Assembly (NCBI GenBank): GCA_043747615.1 | Contig: JAYTOU010000003.1 | Span: 64,001-128,000, forward strand | Source of the DNA: Myxococcales bacterium | Lineage (GTDB): Bacteria > Myxococcota_A > Polyangia > Polyangiales > Polyangiaceae | DNA: 64,000 bases | Direction: 5' to 3' | Part shown: positions 55,546 to 64,000 of the stretch, in pieces | Numbering within the stretch: the first letter of the stretch is position 1 | Layout: the number at the start of each line of letters is the position of its first letter | Made by a program: the position numbers and the translations under genes | Notes under the pieces: generated by a model | Database searches by the model: none | What the model was told of the DNA's origin: nothing | What the model saw: the letters and a program-made list of their open reading frames with translations, nothing else

Positions 55546-56994
55546 ATGAAAAAGCGGCTCGTAGTTTTCGTTCTTGCAGCCTCGGTCGCCTCGGTCGCGG
55601 CGTGCGGCGATAGCTCCTTCGGCTCCGGCAACGGCGCGGACGGAGGCGACGACGACGGCTCCAATTCGGTTACGGGCGGGAGGGCCGACGGCGGAGCGGA
55701 GGACGCCAGCGCAGAGGACGCCGGCGCAGACGCCAGCTCCATGGCGGACGTTCCGTGCGTCCCCGAGACCGCAGATGCGACGGTCGGCTTCTTCGTGGAT
55801 CACAACAGCACGGCGGGGGTGACGTGCGGAGACGTGACCGCGCCCTGCAAGACGATCCAGCCCGCGATCGATCTGATCCCGACGATCGCCGGAAAGTCCG
55901 TCGTCTATGTGGCCCTTGGCACCTACGTGGAAAACATCACTCTTAAGCCCGGCGTTACGATCAAGGGCGGCTGGAAAAACACGGGCGCCACCTTCTCCCG
56001 GGCTTGCAGCGCGAACCCCGCGGGCGGCGTCGTCATTCAAGCGCCAACGAGCAACGTCACGCTCAATGTCGCGAGCCTCGGGGGCTCGGCAACCCTCGAC
56101 ACGCTCACGCTGTCGAGCCGAGTTGCACCGGCAGCTCCCGGGGAGTCGATGTACGGGATCTTCGCTACGGGCGCGTCGACGACGCTCAGGCTCGACAACG
56201 TGGTCGTCCAGACGGCGCGGGCTGGTAGCGCTAGCCCAGTCGCCCCAGCGGGTTCCGGTACGCACTCGTGCGCCGCAGCGTCGACGGGGGCGAGCGGAGC
56301 GCCGGCCTCGGGCGTCGCGCCGGCGGCGTCCGCTGGAAGCTACTCGGTAGCTGGATATACTCCAGGCGCGGGAAACGCGGGGCCCCCAGGAAACGCCGGA
56401 GAAAATGGAGCGCAGGGCCAGCCAGCAACCGGGAGTCAATGTGTCAGCGGCTGGCCGGGCTGTGATGAAGGCGCTTGTATGTTCACCGGCAGCAACACCA
56501 CCTCGTGCGCGGGACCTGGGACGCCTGGATGCGGGGGGCCACCAGGACTGGGTGGCGGCGGAGGCGGAGGCGGGGGCAGCTCGTTGGGTGTGTTCGCGTG
56601 GGGTGCGACCGTCTCCGCATCCGCTTCTTCGATCACCGCAGGCGCGGGCGGGGCGGGGGCGCAGGGGGGTTCCGGCGGGCCCACGAGCCCGGGGGAAAAT
56701 GGCCAACGACGACAGACTTCCCTCTATTATGACTGTTCGGATCCATTGATGAAGGGCACCTGCCCCAATGTTTTTACGCACACCTCGTCCAGCGCCAGCG
56801 CGGGAACGGTTGGTGGAAATGGCAGCGCAGGCCTCGCTGGCGGCGGCGGTCCGGGCGGCGATTCGTATGCAGTCTACAAGGGCGCCGGTGCCTCCTACAC
56901 GGGAACGACGACCCCCCTCGCCGCCGGTGTGGCGGGCGGCGTAAGCGCCGGAAATCCGCCCGGGCCAGGCGGAACGTCGGCTCAAAGCAACTGA
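55546..56994 (+). CDS. Gly-rich exported lipoprotein (PGRS-like low complexity)
   Basis: Lipobox VAAC; 'PCKTIQ.AI...VYVA.GTY.E.ITL..GV...GG' surface-protein-type motif; GGGGG/GxxG repeats. Confidence 0.75.
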   Translation: MKKRLVVFVLAASVASVAACGDSSFGSGNGADGGDDDGSNSVTGGRADGGAEDASAEDAGADASSMADVPCVPETADATVGFFVDHNSTAGVTCGDVTAPCKTIQPAIDLIPTIAGKSVVYVALGTYVENITLKPGVTIKGGWKNTGATFSRACSANPAGGVVIQAPTSNVTLNVASLGGSATLDTLTLSSRVAPAAPGESMYGIFATGASTTLRLDNVVVQTARAGSASPVAPAGSGTHSCAAASTGASGAPASGVAPAASAGSYSVAGYTPGAGNAGPPGNAGENGAQGQPATGSQCVSGWPGCDEGACMFTGSNTTSCAGPGTPGCGGPPGLGGGGGGGGGSSLGVFAWGATVSASASSITAGAGGAGAQGGSGGPTSPGENGQRRQTSLYYDCSDPLMKGTCPNVFTHTSSSASAGTVGGNGSAGLAGGGGPGGDSYAVYKGAGASYTGTTTPLAAGVAGGVSAGNPPGPGGTSAQSN

Positions 56995-57006
56995 CGTACG
57001 GAACGC

Positions 57007-60000
57007 CTACCGAAGCTCGGCGACTTGCTCGCCGAAGACGCGCTCGAGGCCGGCGAGAAGGGGGTCGCCGACCTCGACGCGGAAGTCTTTTCCGAGCTGC
57101 ATGACCACCTCGGCACCGTCGTGCATTGTGAGATAGAGCGTCACCGGACATTGCCCGCGCCGCGCGCTGAAGAGATCACGCATCTGCGTCAGATCCGTCG
57201 ACTTGGTGCGATCGGCGTGCAGACGGATCGCCAGGCGATGCTCCCCTTTGACCACCGCGCCGCTCAGTGACTCGACGGCGTTCAGGAAGATCGTCGGCTC
57301 GCGGTTGGCCTCTTGCTCGTCCTCGGACGACGCGTCCTCGTCGCGCCGAGGGAAGCTCACCTTGCCGGTGATGAGCACCGGCTCACCGCTCGTGAGGAGC
57401 TGCGCGAAGGACTCGATCTCTCTGCCTCGCACTTTGACGTTCACGCGACCGGAGAGATCTTCGAGCTCGAAGAACGCAAGCTTCCCGCCCCCTTCACGCA
57501 GGATTTTCTCGCGATACCCCTCGACCATTCCGGCGAGGCGAACCACGGTCCAGTCGGGCATGCCCGCGCAGTCTGCGCACTGGCGAGCGTCGATGCGGGC
57601 GAGCGCTCCTCCGCCCTTGAGGTAGCGTTCGAGCGGGTGGCCCGAGACGTAAAAGCCGAGTGACTGGCGCTCGCGCACGAGCATTTCCCGACGATCCCAC
57701 GGCTCGCACTGCGGGTAGTCTCCGGCGCTCAAGCTGACGGTGACCGCGGTCGCGCCCGCGTCGAATAGGCCGAAGAGGCTCGTTTGACCGCGCTCGCGAT
57801 CCCGGCTGGCGGCGCGGGAGCGCTCGAGCGCGACGTCGATGGATGCAAAGGCCCGCGCACGGGTGACGCCTTGCTTGGCAAAGGTGGTGTCGAAGGCGCC
57901 GCACTGCACGAGCGCCTCGAGGACGCTGCGGTTGATCTTCTTCGCGTCGACGCGGGCCGCAAAATCGAAGAGGTCGACGAACGGACCGCCGCTGGCGCGT
58001 GCTTCGAAGAGAGTCTCCAGAGCCGCGCCACCTACGCCGCGCACCGCGCCGAGGCCGAAGCGCACCTGTGGACCGAGCACGTCTTTGACCTTCTCGCGCG
58101 AGGTGAGTTTCTTGTTCCCATCCGGATGCGTGAAGACGACTTTGAAATCGGTATCGCTCTCGTTGATGTCGGGCGGAAGCACGGTGACGCCCATCGCGCG
58201 CGCGTCCGCGATGGTGCGAACGACTTTTTCGATCTTGTCCCGGTCGCTCGTCATGATCGCGCACAAGAGCTCGACCGGGTAATGAGCTTTCAAATACGCC
58301 GTTTGGTAGGTGATGAGCGCGTACGCGGCGGAGTGGCTCTTGTTGAAACCGTAGCCAGCGAAGAACTCGAGCAGACCGAAGATGCGCGCAGCGTCCTCCG
58401 CGTCTACCCCCTTCGACTTAGCGCCCTCGAGGAAGATGTCTTTCTGCTTGGCCATCTCCTCGGGCTTCTTCTTGCCCATCGCGCGACGCAAAAGATCGGC
58501 GCCTCCCAGCGTGTAGCCGGCGAGGAGCTGGGCGATTTGCATGACCTGCTCTTGGTAGACGACCACGCCGTACGTCGGCATGAGGAGCTCATCGACGAGG
58601 GCGTGCATCTTCCCGATGGGCTCGCGGCCATTCTTGCGGTTGACGAAGTTCGTCACCATTCCCGCGCCCAGGGGGCCGGGGCGGTAGAGGGCCACCGCGG
58701 CGACGATGTCCTCGAAGCAATCGGCGCGCAAATCCTTGAAGAGCTGCTGCATCCCGCTCGACTCGATCTGAAATACGCCTTTTGTTTCACCCGATCCGAG
58801 GAGGACGTAGGTAAGTTTGTCGGTTAGCGGAATTTTGGTTAGATCGAAGGTCTTCTTTTGCCGTACGAAGTCGGGGCGCGCGTTGATCAATCGGGTGGCA
58901 ACGTCCAGCACGGTCAGCGTCTTCAGACCGAGAAAGTCGAACTTCACGAGGCCGGCCAGCTCGACGTCGTCCTTGTAATACTGGGTGACGTAGCCGCCGC
59001 CTTTGTCGTCCTTGAAGCAAGGAACGTGATCCCACAGCGGGCCTTCGCTGATCACGATCCCTGCAGCATGCTTTCCTGCGTGCCGCGTCAGACCCTCTAG
59101 TTTTTCGGCCTGAACGAGGAGCTCTTTCGTGAGCGGCTCCGTCTCGTAGCGCGCCTTCAGCTTGGGCTCGACCAGAAGGCTCTCGGCGATCGTATAGGTC
59201 TCGGCGGGCGTCTTCCGAGGGATGAGATTGGCGATGGCCTGGGCCTCGATGGGGGTGATGCCCATGCAGCGCGCGACGTCTTTGAGGACGCTCTTCGCCT
59301 TCAGCTCGGCGAACGTCGCGATTTGTCCGACGCTCGTCTCGCCATATTTCTTCTGTACGTAAGCAATGACCTGATCGCGACGATCCATGCAAAAATCGAT
59401 GTCGAAGTCCGGCATGCTGACGCGCTCGGGATTTAGGAAGCGCTCGAACAGGAGGTTGTAGGGGATGGGATCAAGGTCGGTGATCCGCATCGCGTAAGCG
59501 ACGATCGAGCCGGCCCCCGAACCGCGGCCGGGGCCAACGGGAACACCATTGTCTTTCGCGTAACGAATGAAGTCCCACACGATGAGGAAGTATCCGGGAA
59601 ACTTCATCTTGCAGATGACGTCGAGCTCCATCTCGAGCCGCGCGCGGTAGGCACCGCTGTCCACTGATTTGCCGGTGAGCGCGAATTCCTCGAACCGCGA
59701 GGTGAGCCCTTCCCGCGCAATATGCCTGAAGTAGCCGTCGGTATCGAAGCCGGCGGGAACGGTGAAGCTCGGGAGCATCGGCTCGCCGAGCTTCAGCTTG
59801 ATGGCGCAGCGCTCGGCGATGGCGAGGGTGTTCGAGAGAGCCTCGGGGAACGCAGAGAAGAGCGAGCGCATCTCGTCGGGCGACTTCAGGAACATCTCGC
59901 TCGAGCCGTGGTGGCGCTCTTTCGCCTCCGCGTACGATCTTCCGGACTTGATGCAGGAAAGATAGAGGTGCGCTTCGGCGTCGTCCCGCGATGCATAGTG

Positions 60001-60606
60001 AACGTCGTTCGTAGCTACGAGCGGCAAACCTAGTTTACGCGCGTTCTCAATGAGAATTTCGTTGAGAATGGGCTGCTCGACCAATCCATGATCTTGCAGC
60101 TCCACAAACAGATTTCCTGGCTCGAAGATGTCTTTGAGCTGCGCCATGGTCGTCAGGCCCGCGGCCCCGCCCTCCTCGAGGATCCGCTGCGAGGCGAGTC
60201 CCCCCATGCAGCCGGTCATCGCCACGAGCCCCTTCGCGTGTGACGCGACGTCCTCGAGGGACACGCAAGGAACGCCGGCGGGACCGGTGGGGTCGGGCGC
60301 GACGTGTCCGCGAGAGACCAGCCAGACCAAGTTTTTGTAGCCCTCGAGGGACGCAGCGAGGAGCGGCAAGTGCCGGCTCTTTCCCTGCTCGGCGACCTCG
60401 ATCTCGCAGCCGAGGACGGGCTGGACCCCCGCCTCCTTGGCCGCCTTGTAAAAGGTGATCGCCCCGAACATGTTGCCGTGGTCGGTCACGGCGACGGCCT
60501 TCATTCCTCCAGCCGCCACGCGCTTCACCAGGTCTTTGACCTTCACCGCGCCGTCGAGCATCGAATACTGCGTGTGAACGTGGAGATGGGCGAATTCCGA
60601 AGGCAT
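57007..60606 (-). CDS. dnaE: DNA polymerase III alpha subunit
   Basis: HLHVHTQYSMLDG, TDHGN, GRGSGAGS, FERFLNPERVSMPDFDIDF, KFDFLGL, FNKSHSAAY. Confidence 0.97.
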   Translation of the reverse strand: MPSEFAHLHVHTQYSMLDGAVKVKDLVKRVAAGGMKAVAVTDHGNMFGAITFYKAAKEAGVQPVLGCEIEVAEQGKSRHLPLLAASLEGYKNLVWLVSRGHVAPDPTGPAGVPCVSLEDVASHAKGLVAMTGCMGGLASQRILEEGGAAGLTTMAQLKDIFEPGNLFVELQDHGLVEQPILNEILIENARKLGLPLVATNDVHYASRDDAEAHLYLSCIKSGRSYAEAKERHHGSSEMFLKSPDEMRSLFSAFPEALSNTLAIAERCAIKLKLGEPMLPSFTVPAGFDTDGYFRHIAREGLTSRFEEFALTGKSVDSGAYRARLEMELDVICKMKFPGYFLIVWDFIRYAKDNGVPVGPGRGSGAGSIVAYAMRITDLDPIPYNLLFERFLNPERVSMPDFDIDFCMDRRDQVIAYVQKKYGETSVGQIATFAELKAKSVLKDVARCMGITPIEAQAIANLIPRKTPAETYTIAESLLVEPKLKARYETEPLTKELLVQAEKLEGLTRHAGKHAAGIVISEGPLWDHVPCFKDDKGGGYVTQYYKDDVELAGLVKFDFLGLKTLTVLDVATRLINARPDFVRQKKTFDLTKIPLTDKLTYVLLGSGETKGVFQIESSGMQQLFKDLRADCFEDIVAAVALYRPGPLGAGMVTNFVNRKNGREPIGKMHALVDELLMPTYGVVVYQEQVMQIAQLLAGYTLGGADLLRRAMGKKKPEEMAKQKDIFLEGAKSKGVDAEDAARIFGLLEFFAGYGFNKSHSAAYALITYQTAYLKAHYPVELLCAIMTSDRDKIEKVVRTIADARAMGVTVLPPDINESDTDFKVVFTHPDGNKKLTSREKVKDVLGPQVRFGLGAVRGVGGAALETLFEARASGGPFVDLFDFAARVDAKKINRSVLEALVQCGAFDTTFAKQGVTRARAFASIDVALERSRAASRDRERGQTSLFGLFDAGATAVTVSLSAGDYPQCEPWDRREMLVRERQSLGFYVSGHPLERYLKGGGALARIDARQCADCAGMPDWTVVRLAGMVEGYREKILREGGGKLAFFELEDLSGRVNVKVRGREIESFAQLLTSGEPVLITGKVSFPRRDEDASSEDEQEANREPTIFLNAVESLSGAVVKGEHRLAIRLHADRTKSTDLTQMRDLFSARRGQCPVTLYLTMHDGAEVVMQLGKDFRVEVGDPLLAGLERVFGEQVAELR

Positions 60607-60717
60607 GCAGCTGAACGAGGTACCCTAGGAAACGACCTTGCTCAACCCTGGGCCGCCGCGTAGCTTACTCGGGTCGGATCTTTGGGCCGTTTCAGGACTT
60701 TTTGGAGGAATTACCAT

Positions 60718-61830
60718 ATGAAGCTTGCACGTATTTTCGGGCTCATGAGCGTTGGAATTGCCGCCGGCGGCATCGTTCTTTTTCAGGGGTGCTCCTCCGC
60801 GAGCCCTGCTGCCGATCCGACGGGCAACGGTAAGCCCCCCACAAGGCCCGCCTCCGCCAAGCCGACCACGGCGACGACCGAGCACAACTTCGCGATCTCC
60901 CAGCTCCTCCTCGGCGACGCACCGCGTGGCCCGGGCGCAGCGCAGAGCAGCACGGCCTGGAAAAAGTTCGGGTACAACATCGACGGCAAGGTCTCGACCG
61001 GCAAGTCGACCGACGTCTGTAAGGTCTCGAACAGCGGCTCGAAATCGGTCCACGACAACGGCGACCACGGCATCGACAACTCGTTCGGCGCGAACATCCT
61101 GCCGATCGTTTTGCAGACGGCAGGCGCAGACGGTCCCTCGAAGATCAGCACGGCGATCACCGATGGCAAGTTCACGATCATGTTCGACGTGGTCGGCCTC
61201 GACGACACCGCCACGCAGACCAACTCCGGCATCTCGGCGCAGGTCCTCGCCGGCGGCGCATTCGACCCGATGGCCATGACCAAGCCCACCTTTACGGTGG
61301 CCGATAACTGGCCCGTTCGCCCGGAGCTCTTGAGCGTGGCGACGGATCCGAAGAGCTCGAAGGTCAAGTTCGGCGACGCCTACGTCGTCAACGGCACCTT
61401 CGTAAACGCCGACCCTGGGAGCGCAACGAGCGACATCACCATCGCCCTCTCGTTCTCGGGCGTCGCCCTTTCGCTCACCATCCACAAGGCGATCGTGACC
61501 TTCGACCACACCCAGGCCGGCCTCGCAGACAACGGCACCATCGCCGGCGTCATCGGAACGGAAGAGCTCATCACTGGGCTGAAGGCCGTCGCCGGGCGCA
61601 TCTCCCCCACGCTCTGCACGGGCACCGCGTTCGACGGCATCGCCGGCCAGATCAAGCAGGCCTCGGACATCATGGCCGACGGCACGCAGAGCGCCGACCA
61701 GACGTGCAACGGCATCTCGATCGGTCTCGGCTTCGTCGCCAAGCAGATCGGAAACCCTTCCAAGGTCGGAAGCCTGGGAACGCCGGCGCCCGACCCCTGC
61801 ATGTCCCCCGCAGACGGCGGCACCGACTGA
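60718..61830 (+). CDS. Exported lipoprotein, unknown function
   Basis: GGAGGA RBS; signal peptide ending FQGC; 'G.NIDG', 'DNGDHGIDNSFG', 'C.GISIGLGF.A' motifs. Confidence 0.8.
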   Translation: MKLARIFGLMSVGIAAGGIVLFQGCSSASPAADPTGNGKPPTRPASAKPTTATTEHNFAISQLLLGDAPRGPGAAQSSTAWKKFGYNIDGKVSTGKSTDVCKVSNSGSKSVHDNGDHGIDNSFGANILPIVLQTAGADGPSKISTAITDGKFTIMFDVVGLDDTATQTNSGISAQVLAGGAFDPMAMTKPTFTVADNWPVRPELLSVATDPKSSKVKFGDAYVVNGTFVNADPGSATSDITIALSFSGVALSLTIHKAIVTFDHTQAGLADNGTIAGVIGTEELITGLKAVAGRISPTLCTGTAFDGIAGQIKQASDIMADGTQSADQTCNGISIGLGFVAKQIGNPSKVGSLGTPAPDPCMSPADGGTD

Positions 61831-61861
61831 TCGTCAGCTAGCCTGACGACGATCCTGCGAC

Positions 61862-61891
61862 AGGGCGCGGAGCTACAAGCTTTGCGCCTTT
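61862..61891. terminator. Probable intrinsic terminator hairpin between convergent genes
   Basis: AGGGCGCGGAGCT-ACA-AGCTTTGCGCCTT: 13-bp stem including G-U pairs, ending in a short T run. Confidence 0.55.
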
Positions 61892-61904
61892 CGCGTTTAA
61901 CCCA

Positions 61905-63434
61905 TCAGGACTTTTTTGCGCGGGCGATGACGTGAGGGGCAAGGTGAAGCGCCATCGCGTAGATGCCGATCTGCGGAGGACCGCCGATGCTCGTCGGAAA
62001 GAGCGAGCCGTCGCTCACGAACAGACCGCGGACCTGATGATGCTCCCCCGTAGAGCCGACCACGCTGCGCTTCGGATCCTCTCCCATTCGCATCGTTCCC
62101 ATCGGATGCACGGCGCTCAGTGGCACGCCGTGGGGACGAACGAATCGGGTGTCGAGTGCGTCGACCTCACGCTCGCTGGTCATCCGCACCGGAGGGATCG
62201 CGGGAATGACTACCTCCTTCGCACCTGCGGCGAAGAGAATGCGCGCGGACGCCACGAGGCCCTTCGCGAGCTGCACGCGATCGCTCTCAGTGAGCTCGTA
62301 GTGAAGGCTCGGGAGGCCGTCGTCGGACACCGTGACCCGGCCTTCGGTCTCGTCGTGGACCATCGCGGTGAGCACGGCGAGCCGAGAATAATCACGCATC
62401 TGGCGCATGTGAGCGGCGCCGAAACCGGGGAGCGTTGACGCCGTTCCGACGGGGTGTGCGAAGGCGGGAACGATCCACACGCGGCGATCGCTCCCCTCTT
62501 CGAACGACAGATGTTCGGTGCACTCGTACGACTGAGGAATGCCGTAGTGGCTGGCGAGAACGTGATCGAAGCGCCCCGCGACGACGGCCCCTGGATGCAT
62601 GCGGAGCGCGCGTCCGGTCTGGGCAAATGGATCAGGCATCCCGCTCGCGATGGCCAGCGCCGGCGAACCGACCGCGCTCGCCGCGAGCACGACCACCCGC
62701 GCCCTTAGTTTCAGCCTTCCCTGAGGCTCGCCGCTCTTGTCGAGGAAAACCGCCTCGACCCCCGTGACGCGATCGCCCTCGAAGGTGATCTTCTCGGCGC
62801 GCGTGTCGGCGTAAACGTTCGCCCCAGCCTCGAGAGCTTGGGGGACGACGACCTTCAACGCATTTTGTTTTGCGTCGTAGGCGCAGCCGAGCTCGCAGAA
62901 GCCGCTTAGCTGGCAGCCGATGCGATTGTGCTTGAGCGGCCCGCCCTTCCAGCCGAGCGCCTCGATGCCGATCCTGAGGGCTTCGTTGTTCGGATTGCGG
63001 AGCGCGGAGGGAATTTCGCTGACCGACAAATCGGCTTCAATCCGCTCGAAATCGCCGCGCATCTCGGCGGGAGACACGCCTTCGACGCCGTAGCGCGCGC
63101 CCCAGGCCACGAGAATTTCGTCGGGGATGCGCTTGCAGAGGTTGGTGTTGTGAACGGTGCTCCCGCCGATCCCTCGCCCCTGCAGAACGCGAATCGCAAG
63201 GTCATCGGTCGCGCGCCCTCCCATCTCCTGGAAGAGAAGCGGGAACATCTGCTCCTCGCGCTGAGTGAAGTCGCTCGACGTGTGGTGGCCGCCCTCCTCG
63301 AGGCCAACCACGTTTGCGCCTGCGCGCGCGAGCTCACGGAGGGCGATCGCTCCGCCGGCGCCGGTGCCGATAACGACCGCGTCGACGTCGAGGGTGACAT
63401 CGCCGCGAAGATCTCGACCCTTGAGGATGGTCAT
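61905..63434 (-). CDS. GMC-family FAD oxidoreductase
   Basis: IGTGAGG, GRGIGGSTVHN, C-x2-G-x-C-x2-G-C, HPMGTMRMG, DGSLFPT; ATG overlaps the upstream stop (ATGA). Confidence 0.9.
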   Translation of the reverse strand: MTILKGRDLRGDVTLDVDAVVIGTGAGGAIALRELARAGANVVGLEEGGHHTSSDFTQREEQMFPLLFQEMGGRATDDLAIRVLQGRGIGGSTVHNTNLCKRIPDEILVAWGARYGVEGVSPAEMRGDFERIEADLSVSEIPSALRNPNNEALRIGIEALGWKGGPLKHNRIGCQLSGFCELGCAYDAKQNALKVVVPQALEAGANVYADTRAEKITFEGDRVTGVEAVFLDKSGEPQGRLKLRARVVVLAASAVGSPALAIASGMPDPFAQTGRALRMHPGAVVAGRFDHVLASHYGIPQSYECTEHLSFEEGSDRRVWIVPAFAHPVGTASTLPGFGAAHMRQMRDYSRLAVLTAMVHDETEGRVTVSDDGLPSLHYELTESDRVQLAKGLVASARILFAAGAKEVVIPAIPPVRMTSEREVDALDTRFVRPHGVPLSAVHPMGTMRMGEDPKRSVVGSTGEHHQVRGLFVSDGSLFPTSIGGPPQIGIYAMALHLAPHVIARAKKS

Positions 63435-63985
63435 TCCCACCAGCCACGCTCCGGCCGCAAGACCATGGGTCCGGCGTAGTTGAGAATTTTCCAGGTGCGC
63501 GGATCACGGTAATAACCCATGAAAACGAGCGCCTTCAGCCCCTCGAAGCCCCCACGCAAGAGATCCTGATCGCTCGACTCGAGCGACGCGAGGACGCGAT
63601 CTTGGTCGCCCGGAGAGAGCCGCGTGAAGCGCGCGGCGAGGTTGAGGCGCAACGGGGCGAGGTGTTCGACGTACGCGAAGAGGCGACCGAGATCCTTTTT
63701 TTTCGTGGGCGGAAGGCGCGCGAGGTAGCCGTCAATGAAGCCGGCCACGTCCACGGCGTCGGTCGTTGGGATCTTCGGGTCATCGATGTCGGCAGCGGCG
63801 ATCCGGCGCGCGGCGTGCTGCAAGAAGACGAACTGCCACGGCGACAGAGTGACGAGCCTGGCGCGGACCGAATCCGAAACTTGGTACCCGCCGGTCCTGA
63901 AAAACGCGACGATGGTGCCCGCCGCGACCACGGTCCCGCCGAACACAGCGAAAAAACGCCTCCGCGTGAGCGTTGGTTTCTGCAC
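63431..63985 (-). CDS. Tat-exported small subunit, gluconate-2-dehydrogenase subunit-3-like
   Basis: TRRRFF twin-arginine signal; 'FTRLSP..Q..VL', 'LVFMGYY', 'W..L.Y.GP'. Confidence 0.78.
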   Translation of the reverse strand: MQKPTLTRRRFFAVFGGTVVAAGTIVAFFRTGGYQVSDSVRARLVTLSPWQFVFLQHAARRIAAADIDDPKIPTTDAVDVAGFIDGYLARLPPTKKKDLGRLFAYVEHLAPLRLNLAARFTRLSPGDQDRVLASLESSDQDLLRGGFEGLKALVFMGYYRDPRTWKILNYAGPMVLRPERGWWE

Positions 63986-64000
63986 GGGTGAAACGTACGA

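Noticed and set aside
57007..60606. Intein or split in dnaE
   Set aside because: Normal length and continuous motifs; only a short insertion before 'RFGL'
374..63991. Many long antisense or alternate-frame ORFs (e.g. 4095-5498, 15141-16637, 26892-28268, 29825-31576, 55417-56985)
   Set aside because: They overlap well-supported genes, are Arg/Ala/Pro-rich and lack motifs; expected shadows in high-GC DNA
1..64000. CRISPR arrays, tRNA/rRNA genes, prophage, transposases
   Set aside because: No regularly spaced repeats, RNA-gene signatures or mobile-element proteins were recognised by eye; small ncRNAs cannot be excluded without an Rfam search

Overview
High-GC bacterial chromosomal segment. Gene content (giant TPR protein, Ser/Thr kinases, FHA-sigma54 activator, many Cys/Gly-rich lipoproteins, DUF4388) suggests a myxobacterium, probably Polyangiaceae/Labilithrix-like; this is inference. 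Left to right: the 3' end of sppA and a co-directional run of a 2353-aa TPR protein, two lipoproteins and a TerB gene; an 11-kb glycoconjugate cluster (four GT4s, two deacetylase-like genes, an MMPL/RND transporter, a MurJ-like flippase); hydrolases and lipoproteins; SWIM-SNF2 helicase, TerB and Ser/Thr kinase; an orphan T3SS ring gene (sctJ-like) translationally coupled to an Mla-type ABC ATPase; a KaiC-like ATPase/histidine-kinase block that includes an unannotated decayed second kaiC fragment; rbgA; mlaE-mlaE-mlaF-mlaD; a broken kinase/FHA/sigma54-activator locus; then BCCP, pyrF, a TrmH methyltransferase, MFS, DUF4388, MoxR, dnaE and a Tat/GMC oxidoreductase pair. Strongest signals: (1) the two MlaF ATPases, about 10 kb apart, have complementary degenerate motifs (H-switch His->Ser in one, LSGGQ->LGDGM in the other) that would fall in the same composite ATP site, pointing to an asymmetric heteromeric MCE transporter possibly linked to the SctJ ring; (2) a non-clock KaiC module whose two neighbouring kinases share an N-terminal REANExLxLAAL helix; (3) a candidate glyco(sphingo)lipid synthesis and export cluster. 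No rRNA, tRNA, CRISPR array, transposase or integrase was recognised. All family calls come from motif recognition by eye; no database searches were run.
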